A stretch of DNA of 29,074 bases, taken from positions 1 through 29,074 of the forward strand of contig JAAYCL010000017.1 in assembly GCA_012729785.1 (NCBI GenBank). The letters run 5' to 3'. The stretch comes from Chlamydiota bacterium. GTDB taxonomy: Bacteria > Auribacterota > Tritonobacteria > UBA1439. This document shows, piece by piece, positions 23,444 through 29,074 of this stretch (within the stretch, counting starts at the first letter, position 1; every line of letters starts with the position of its first letter). Both the position numbers and the translations under genes were made by a program. Under the pieces are notes generated by a model. It worked only from the letters and a program-made list of their open reading frames with translations. It was not told where the DNA came from and searched no databases.

Positions 23444-25621
23444 TCAGGGCACCCAGTGGAGGAGGTCGCGGATCATCGACCAGCGGCGGCGCTCCTTGAA
23501 CGGATTCTGTCCGAGGACCCAGTAGTCGTACTTCCGCTCCAGCTCGCCGTGCGCCCGCTGCATATCCAGCATCCCCTCGACGAACCGCAGGAACGAATCG
23601 TCGCTGCGCTTGGCGACCGGGTAGGCGTGCAGGAACTTCATCCCCGCCCTCGGCCCCAGCAAGGCGACGCAGTACGCCGGGTACAGGAGCGTCCACGGCG
23701 CCCCCTCCTCCGCGGTCGTGAGGAACGCCTCCGCGTTCTCCCCGTTGAAGAAATCCTTCTCCGAATCCAGCCGGATCATGCGGGCGCGCGGGAGGATCTG
23801 CGGCATGATCTCCTCGTAGGCGCTCCCGCGCAACACGGCGATGCGGAGGCCGTCGCGTCGCGCGACCGCGTCGAGATCCGAGAACTCCTCCCGCCGGTGG
23901 TCCTCCGTCACGAACGCCAGGTGGGAGGTCATGTACGACGCGCTGAACTTCATTTTGGCGAGCCGCTCGGCGGTGATCACGACCCCGGCCATCACGATGT
24001 CGACGCTTCCGTCGTCGAGGGCCGTGTGGAGCGCATCGAAGGTGATGGGAATGAACTCGACGCGGGGCACGCCGAGGAGCGCCGCGAGCTCGCGCGCCGA
24101 CTGGACGTCGTAGCCGACAAGGTCGCCCCTGGCGTTGAAGAAGGTGAACGGGAGGGCGTCCTCGTTGTAGCCGACGCGGAGGGCGCGCCGGTCCCGTATC
24201 CGGTCGAGCACGTCGTCGTCATCGTCGTGGTGCGAACGGACGGCGCGGTACTCCCCGATCGTGCGGTAAACCGTGACGGTCGGCTCCCCTCCCCCGCCGG
24301 CGGGGAACGGGGGCATCTCCATCCCCGAGAGTTTCTCCTGCCCGCGGTACGGCCCGGTCAGCATCGCGGTGAACGCCGCCCGCACCCCCCCGACGCAGGC
24401 GGCCATCGCGATGACGACGACCGCCGCCGCGCGCGCGATCCTCCACCCCCGGAGGCGGACGCGGCCGGCGATGAGCGCGGCGCAGGAGGCCGTGAAGGCG
24501 AAGAGAAACATCGACGAGAGCCCCGCCCCGAAGTAGCTGTTGATCGGCGACGAGGCGATGTAGAGCTGGAACGCATCCTCCGGGAGGCGCATCAGGTCCA
24601 GCAGGAACGGCACCGCCGCCTTGCCGGAACCGAAGAAGCTGAGGAGGCCCGCCGCGGCGCACTGGAGCTGCCGGAGCGGATCGAGCGGCGTCTCGTACAG
24701 CCACCCGGTGAAGAGGATGAACAGGTACGGGGCGAAGTCCCCCCACCGCGGGAAGTTGTAGGCGATCGGGAGCAGCACCTCCGCGTAGGCGCCCGTCTTT
24801 CCGCCGCCGTCCCCGCGCCCGGCGAACAGCTCCCGCACGCCGCGTTCGATGAGCGGGAGCGCGATAAAGGAGTTCTGCGCGGAGAAGGCGAGCACCACGG
24901 CGCCGCTCGAGGCCGAGAGCACCTCCCGGAGGCGGAAGCCGGTGCAGGCGGAGACGAAGAGCGGCAGGACGACGACGGCGAGGACGACGCTCAACACGAT
25001 GTACGACTCGCAGAAGAACTGGAGCTGGAAGAGCGCGTCGGGGGAGAGGGTCCCCGCCGCGTGCGCGGAGACGACGAATATGCCGTACGGCACCGTCTCC
25101 ATCACGAAATCCATCACGCGCGAGAGCGTCTCGGAGACGACGCGGAGGATCCCGATGAGCGACTCCTTGCCGCGCGCGCCGATGAGGGCCGCGCCGAGGA
25201 AGATGGAGAAGAGGACGATCGCGGGGAGGACGCCCTCCGCGAGCGACTTGAACGGATTGGCGGGAATGAAGGTGTCGAGGATGCCCGCCGATGCGGGCTT
25301 CTCGACCTCACCCGCGCTGTAGAAGGCGCCGGTCGGGCGCGGCGGGAACGCGTACTGCATCGAGAAGAAGATCAGGATCCCCGCAAGCCAGAGGCAGAGC
25401 ATCAGGAGCCCGCCTTTGCGGGCGACCGTGCGCGCCTCCCCCCCGTCGAGCCCCCCGATGCCCGCGACGATCGAGACCATGACGTACGGGATCACCGCCA
25501 TCTGCATCAGCTTGATGAATGCGTCCGACAGCGGTTCGAGGACCCGGCACAGATCGCCGAAGAAGAGGCCGCAGAAGACCCCCGCGCCGAGCCCGACGAA
25601 TATCCGGTTCTTCCTCCGCAT
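23444..25621 (-). CDS. Fusion protein: divergent dicarboxylate/amino acid:cation symporter (DAACS, GltP-like) domain + extra TM + C-terminal extracytoplasmic solute-binding domain (SBP_bac_3 / amino-acid ABC SBP fold)
   Basis: The N-terminal ~430 aa align by eye to GltP (DAFIKLMQMAVIPYVMVSIVAGIGGLDG vs GltP DIFIHLIKMIVVPIVISTLVVGIAGVGD; VVSETLSRVMDFVMETVPYGIF vs SISETMFKVTHMVMRYAPVGVF). The DAACS substrate motifs are altered (SSSxxTLP becomes SAQNSFIALP; NMDG becomes NFPRWGDF). An additional TM helix follows, then a ~230-aa SBP type-3 domain (LRVGYNEDALPFTFFNARGDLVGYDVQ...). Confidence 0.85.
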   Translation of the reverse strand: MRRKNRIFVGLGAGVFCGLFFGDLCRVLEPLSDAFIKLMQMAVIPYVMVSIVAGIGGLDGGEARTVARKGGLLMLCLWLAGILIFFSMQYAFPPRPTGAFYSAGEVEKPASAGILDTFIPANPFKSLAEGVLPAIVLFSIFLGAALIGARGKESLIGILRVVSETLSRVMDFVMETVPYGIFVVSAHAAGTLSPDALFQLQFFCESYIVLSVVLAVVVLPLFVSACTGFRLREVLSASSGAVVLAFSAQNSFIALPLIERGVRELFAGRGDGGGKTGAYAEVLLPIAYNFPRWGDFAPYLFILFTGWLYETPLDPLRQLQCAAAGLLSFFGSGKAAVPFLLDLMRLPEDAFQLYIASSPINSYFGAGLSSMFLFAFTASCAALIAGRVRLRGWRIARAAAVVVIAMAACVGGVRAAFTAMLTGPYRGQEKLSGMEMPPFPAGGGGEPTVTVYRTIGEYRAVRSHHDDDDDVLDRIRDRRALRVGYNEDALPFTFFNARGDLVGYDVQSARELAALLGVPRVEFIPITFDALHTALDDGSVDIVMAGVVITAERLAKMKFSASYMTSHLAFVTEDHRREEFSDLDAVARRDGLRIAVLRGSAYEEIMPQILPRARMIRLDSEKDFFNGENAEAFLTTAEEGAPWTLLYPAYCVALLGPRAGMKFLHAYPVAKRSDDSFLRFVEGMLDMQRAHGELERKYDYWVLGQNPFKERRRWSMIRDLLHWVP

Positions 25622-25639
25622 CCTCCCCCCTCCGGCGTC

Positions 25640-25837
25640 TCAACGCCGCGGGATGAAGCCGCGCACGTAGGCGTTGAATTTGCCCCAGTTCAGGCGATGC
25701 TCCACCTGCACCCGGTCCGGCGCGCCCGGCACGTCCGAGGGCGTTCTCGTTTCGATGCGTTCGAGCGTCCCGCTCTGGTGGAAAACCCAGAGGAACAGGA
25801 TGAGCAGGATGAGAACTAGCATTGTGCGCATCTTCAT
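25640..25837 (-). CDS. 65-aa micro-protein with N-terminal hydrophobic helix (signal or TM), immediately upstream of the fusion transporter
   Basis: The protein is MKMRTMLVLILLILFLWVFHQSGTLERIETRTPSDVPGAPDRVQVEHRLNWGKFNAYVRGFIPRR. It has a strong RBS (AGGGGAGGGG, with 6 nt before the ATG), a GC3-rich coding pattern, and an 18-nt gap to the downstream gene. Confidence 0.4.
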   Translation of the reverse strand: MKMRTMLVLILLILFLWVFHQSGTLERIETRTPSDVPGAPDRVQVEHRLNWGKFNAYVRGFIPRR

Positions 25838-25948
25838 AGGGCCCCTCCCCTTGGATCGGATGCAAAACTGTACTACAGGGGTATGACGTTGTCCAGTAGG
25901 GAGTATCGGGGACGCTTTTGGCAACCTATTGAGGGGCAGCGTATTAGA

Positions 25949-25991
25949 ACATACACACAACTTTCTGCAAGGCAACAAGTTGTTTGTATGT
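25949..25991. repeat. Inverted repeat (15-bp arms ACATACACACAACTT / AAGTTGTTTGTATGT, 14/15 match, 13-nt loop) within a ~150-bp low-GC island (~45% GC vs ~70% background)
   Basis: Read directly from the sequence. The local GC drop spans ~25860-26000. There is no U-tract on either side. Confidence 0.6.
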
Positions 25992-26236
25992 TAGTACTTG
26001 CACTGGGAGATCGGAGTAGCAAGATTGTCTCCGAGCGAGCATCTCCGTCCCGTTCCAGCCGCCCCCGGGGTTCTCCTCGCAGTGATTGCATCTTCCCGCG
26101 CATTCTTCCAGGATGACGCGCGAGAGCGCGCACCTGACCACTCAAATCCCTGATCACTGCGCGTTGCAGCGCATCCTCGGCGATCAGCATCTTCGTCAAC
26201 TCAGGGAGCTCCGCATCGGATATCCGTCTCGACTCT

Positions 26237-27052
26237 TTATCCGTCACCTCCCATTCCCGGACCATCTCGCTTCCCGTCTTTCACGGCGACTTTCTGCGCG
26301 GGGAATCTGCCGTACGCCTCATTGAGCACGCCTGTGGAAAGGGGGAGGCGCGGGTCCTCGACGAGGGGCAGATCGAGGGTAATAGTTGCCCCGCGGCCGT
26401 TTGAGGACCCCACGCGAAGGCTGCCGCCGTGCTCCTCGATGATCCTCCGCGAGATGCTTAACCCCAGCCCTGTCCCCTCCCCCGTGGGTTTCGTCGTAAA
26501 GAACGGCTCGAATATCCTTTTCACGTGTTCATCACGGATGCCGCGCCCGCTGTCGCGGAACTCGATCACCGCCTTGCCCCCCTCCCTCCTCCCGTGCACC
26601 TCCAGCACCCGCTTTTTCACCTTCAGCAGCTCGTAGAAGGCATTGTGCAGGATGTTGAATACCACCTGCTGCACCTGGAACTCGTCGACCAGCGCCTCCA
26701 TGCACTCCGGCGGGAACGTTAACCGCACCTTGATCGCGGCGGATTCGAAGAGACGGGTTTTGATCTCCACCGGTTTGGTAATCACCCTCCGCAGGTCCGT
26801 CCTCTGCCGTTCCATCCTCCGGCTGCGTGCGAATTCAAGGACCCCCTTCGCCATGCCGCAGCATCGTTCGCAGGACATCAGCATTTCATCCGCGTATTTC
26901 CACGATTCCGCTTGCGCCTTCTTGAGCATGGTCGCATACCCCAGCAGGACCGTGAGCTGGTTATTGAGCTCGTGCATGATCTCCGACGTCGTCTCCCCTA
27001 TGCACGCCAAACGCTCGATCCGCGCGATCCGACTCCTCTCTACTGGATACAT
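26237..27052 (-). CDS. Cytoplasmic sensor histidine kinase core (HisKA + HATPase_c) with no sensor or TM region
   Basis: The start was taken at MYPVERSRIARIER (AAGGAA RBS). The H-box is EIMHELNNQLTVLLGY. The N box is NILHNAFYE. The G1/G2 boxes are DSGRGI...GEGTGLGLSISRRIIEEHGGSL. Only ~30 aa lie N-terminal of the H-box. Confidence 0.85.
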   Translation of the reverse strand: MYPVERSRIARIERLACIGETTSEIMHELNNQLTVLLGYATMLKKAQAESWKYADEMLMSCERCCGMAKGVLEFARSRRMERQRTDLRRVITKPVEIKTRLFESAAIKVRLTFPPECMEALVDEFQVQQVVFNILHNAFYELLKVKKRVLEVHGRREGGKAVIEFRDSGRGIRDEHVKRIFEPFFTTKPTGEGTGLGLSISRRIIEEHGGSLRVGSSNGRGATITLDLPLVEDPRLPLSTGVLNEAYGRFPAQKVAVKDGKRDGPGMGGDG

Positions 27053-27232
27053 CCGTTCTTTCCTTTTATGGCGATGGAGCGCCGCGCACCCCTTCGGCGC
27101 CCCATCATGCCCATGATCCATGCGATGTACGACGGGCGGTTCGTTCCTTTGCCGCACCTCTTCTTATCGCATCATGCTGTGCGCTTCACGATCGACACTA
27201 TGCATGCGTCTTCCCATCAGTCCTCGTCCCGC

Positions 27233-29074
27233 TCACCAGCCGAACTCCTGTGCCCCTATCGGCCCCCAATGGCCAAGCATCCCTCCACCGTTATCGCGAT
27301 AATATCCGTCGGCCAGCCTCGCACCCGACGATCCGAAGCTCACCCGTAGGAGTTCTTCCGGTGCGGCACATGCCGCGCTCGTCAATGCGCTGTCGTAATA
27401 CGTCGCACCGTTCTTCCCGATATAGAGCGTCACGGCCTCCATCGTGTCGAGCGCCGGGAGGTATACCTTCATCTCCTCCCCTGCTACGTTCGTGATAACG
27501 AGATAATCCCCAGCCTCGATCGTGATTGCCGCCTCCGCCGGCTCGATGAACAGTGCCGCGGCGGTTGACGGATATTCCCCTCCCGCCACGAATTCGTTGT
27601 CGCCGTCGTTGACCGATCCCATGATCTCCCCTGACGGATTCGTCGCCGTTCCGAGATAATATACGAATCCGTTCCCCACGGCGGATCTCGGCTCTTCGAT
27701 CCTCATCCCGAAAACGGTCCCCGTCTCCAGCGGCCGACTCTCCGCTGTCGGGGTGGGCGTGATCGTCGGAGTAGCCGTCGGCTCGGGCGTAGCCGTCTCC
27801 GTCGCCGTTGGTGTCGGCGTCTCCGTCGGCGTCTCAGTCTGGGTCGGCGTTCCCGTCGGGGTCGCCGTCTCGGTCGCAGTGGGGACCGGCGTTTCCGTCG
27901 CCGTCGGCGCGGGTGTCTCCGTCGGCGTGGCCGTCGGGATCTCCGTAGGCGTCTCCGTCGGCACCGGCGTCGGGGTTTCGGTCGGCGTCTCCGTGGGAAC
28001 CGGCGTCTCCGTAGGCGTGATCGTTGGCACCGGCGTCGGGATCTCGGTCGGCGTCTCAGTCGGCGTCTCAGTCGGCGTCTCCGTAGGCGTCGGTTCCGGC
28101 GTCCACTCCGTCTTTACCTCATACGCCACCGGATTCTCGTTCGCGAAGTGTATCCACCCCACTCCCTCCGCCCATGCGTAGCCCGAGAAGTTCCCTTCCC
28201 CATCCACCACCACACGGCTGTCCGTCGAATGGAAATTCACCCATCCCGCCAGCTCGCACCATCCGTACCCGGACAAGTTCCCCGAACCGTCGTTGTTCAC
28301 CCCCCAGTCCGTCTCGTCCGTGTTCGCGTACGGAGGAGTCTCGCTCGACGCCAGCTGGATCCATCCCGTGTTCTCCTGCCAGACGTATCCGTATACCCCC
28401 GTATCCGTAACCGTCGCGCCGCCGTCCGACGGCCTCATGTTGCACCAACCGGCGTGCTCACTCCACGCGTATTTATGATTAGGGTCTATATTCCCGATAC
28501 CAGGCACCGATGTGGCGGTCGCCGTCGGTGTCGGTGTCGGCGTCGGCTGTCCTTCCTCATCTCCTACGGTCGCAACCGGTTCTGGTTTTACATATGGCCG
28601 TATCTGAAGATTATCTATATAGAACGCGGAATCTCTTGCCCCAACTCCTATATAACCCGCTGCAATCTGGTCGCCTGATTCGCTCCCCTTGTAATCTCCC
28701 TCCACGTACATTTCTCCCGTTGCTTTCCATCCCCCTTCTATTTCGCCATGATTCCACCACCGCATCATTGTTTCTTTTATCGTTTCGAAACCAGGCGTAG
28801 GGGCGTCCAACAAAAGAAAATTCGGGGCAATGCACATATGCAGGTTATTATCGCCGTATGTCAACGGATATACCGCTTTAAAATTCATCACTTCATTATC
28901 CATCGAGCTGCCATGGATAACGCCGCTCCAACCGTTGCCGATATAAGTTACAACCTTCAGTAGATCATATTTGACTTCCGCCGTGTCGAATTGCGCCATG
29001 CTATACCACAGAATCGAATTGAGAAACGGACCGCCCGAATCTATTCTCACTCTTTGATTTTCTGAATCATAGGT
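27233..29074 (-). CDS. Large secreted/surface protein, partial at the 5' end (runs off the window end). It has tandem GYxWxExxGWIxF repeats, a long Pro/Thr/Glu linker, and a C-terminal copy of the unrecognised ~125-aa domain also found twice in the 9357-11999 protein
   Basis: The reading frame is open to the window edge. The 'M' in the track at 29050 is an internal GTG. The linker is (TETPTE)n. The C-terminal region [43 protein letters not shown] is homologous to [42 protein letters not shown]. Confidence 0.8.
   Translation of the reverse strand, partial: TYDSENQRVRIDSGGPFLNSILWYSMAQFDTAEVKYDLLKVVTYIGNGWSGVIHGSSMDNEVMNFKAVYPLTYGDNNLHMCIAPNFLLLDAPTPGFETIKETMMRWWNHGEIEGGWKATGEMYVEGDYKGSESGDQIAAGYIGVGARDSAFYIDNLQIRPYVKPEPVATVGDEEGQPTPTPTPTATATSVPGIGNIDPNHKYAWSEHAGWCNMRPSDGGATVTDTGVYGYVWQENTGWIQLASSETPPYANTDETDWGVNNDGSGNLSGYGWCELAGWVNFHSTDSRVVVDGEGNFSGYAWAEGVGWIHFANENPVAYEVKTEWTPEPTPTETPTETPTETPTEIPTPVPTITPTETPVPTETPTETPTPVPTETPTEIPTATPTETPAPTATETPVPTATETATPTGTPTQTETPTETPTPTATETATPEPTATPTITPTPTAESRPLETGTVFGMRIEEPRSAVGNGFVYYLGTATNPSGEIMGSVNDGDNEFVAGGEYPSTAAALFIEPAEAAITIEAGDYLVITNVAGEEMKVYLPALDTMEAVTLYIGKNGATYYDSALTSAACAAPEELLRVSFGSSGARLADGYYRDNGGGMLGHWGPIGAQEFGW
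27740..28100. repeat. Coding low-complexity DNA repeats (Pro/Thr/Glu linker) in the partial surface-protein gene
   Basis: [16 protein letters not shown]... is repeated over ~120 aa. The antisense frame reads as (GV)n, hence the spurious plus-strand ORF 27753..28181. Confidence 0.7.

Noticed and set aside
23324-25819. An 831-aa plus-strand ORF lies opposite the DAACS-SBP fusion gene.
   Set aside because: It is antisense to a gene with unmistakable transporter and SBP homology. Its product is low-complexity and R/D/E/G-rich.
25873-26265. A 130-aa minus-strand ORF bridges the low-GC island and the end of the histidine kinase gene.
   Set aside because: It overlaps the kinase 3' end in another frame, crosses a sharp GC discontinuity, and has no RBS or recognisable fold. 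I preferred a non-coding interpretation.

Overview
This is a 29 kb window of very high GC (~70%) with strong GC3 codon bias, and it looks like a Gram-negative (diderm) chromosome. Evidence for that is the ExbB/ExbD motor, a BamE-like lipoprotein, a SurA-like foldase, Sec signal peptides and lipoboxes. Long R/G/P-rich antisense ORFs are frequent in the six-frame track, and I treat them as GC-driven artefacts. I support about 25 genes, nearly all on the minus strand. (1) A tight minus-strand envelope cluster at 138-7479 encodes a TPR-like secreted protein with an acidic coiled-coil tail, a membrane-anchored Pro-rich TonB-like protein without a TonB C-domain, ExbB, ExbD, a BamE-like lipoprotein, a SurA/PrsA-like PPIase with a 51-bp tandem repeat, and an SPFH/stomatin protein. 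(2) A plus-strand operon at 7597-9188 encodes an ECF sigma factor, a ZAS-type (HxxxCxxC) anti-sigma factor and an LTXXQ (CpxP/Spy-like) periplasmic protein. (3) An 880-aa secreted PQQ-like beta-propeller protein carries a Pro/Thr linker and two copies of an unrecognised ~125-aa domain. The same domain appears a third time in a second PT-linker surface protein at the 3' window edge (27233-29074, partial), which also carries tandem GYxWxExxGWIxF repeats. (4) A signal-peptide mini-protein extremely rich in Trp, Arg, Pro and His has its own RBS and terminator. (5) A cyclic amidohydrolase (hydantoinase-like) gene is followed by a Na+:solute symporter gene, and a secreted S1/P1-nuclease-like gene lies divergent to this pair behind a textbook sigma70 promoter. 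(6) A peptidase U32 gene, a BNR sialidase-like gene, a translationally coupled membrane protein gene and a PBP5-like DD-carboxypeptidase gene form a run. (7) A UvdE gene is preceded by a perfect 12-bp palindrome, GGAGTATACTCC. (8) A 3' remnant of a PQQ-dependent sugar dehydrogenase survives as a pseudogene. (9) An unusual transporter fuses a divergent DAACS (GltP-like) domain to an extracytoplasmic SBP_bac_3 domain, with a 65-aa membrane micro-protein upstream. (10) A low-GC island carries a 15-bp-arm inverted repeat. (11) A sensorless orphan histidine kinase completes the set. No CRISPR array, rRNA or tRNA genes, or recognisable mobile elements were found. I counted coordinates by hand from the ORF track, and a few may be off by 1-3 nt.
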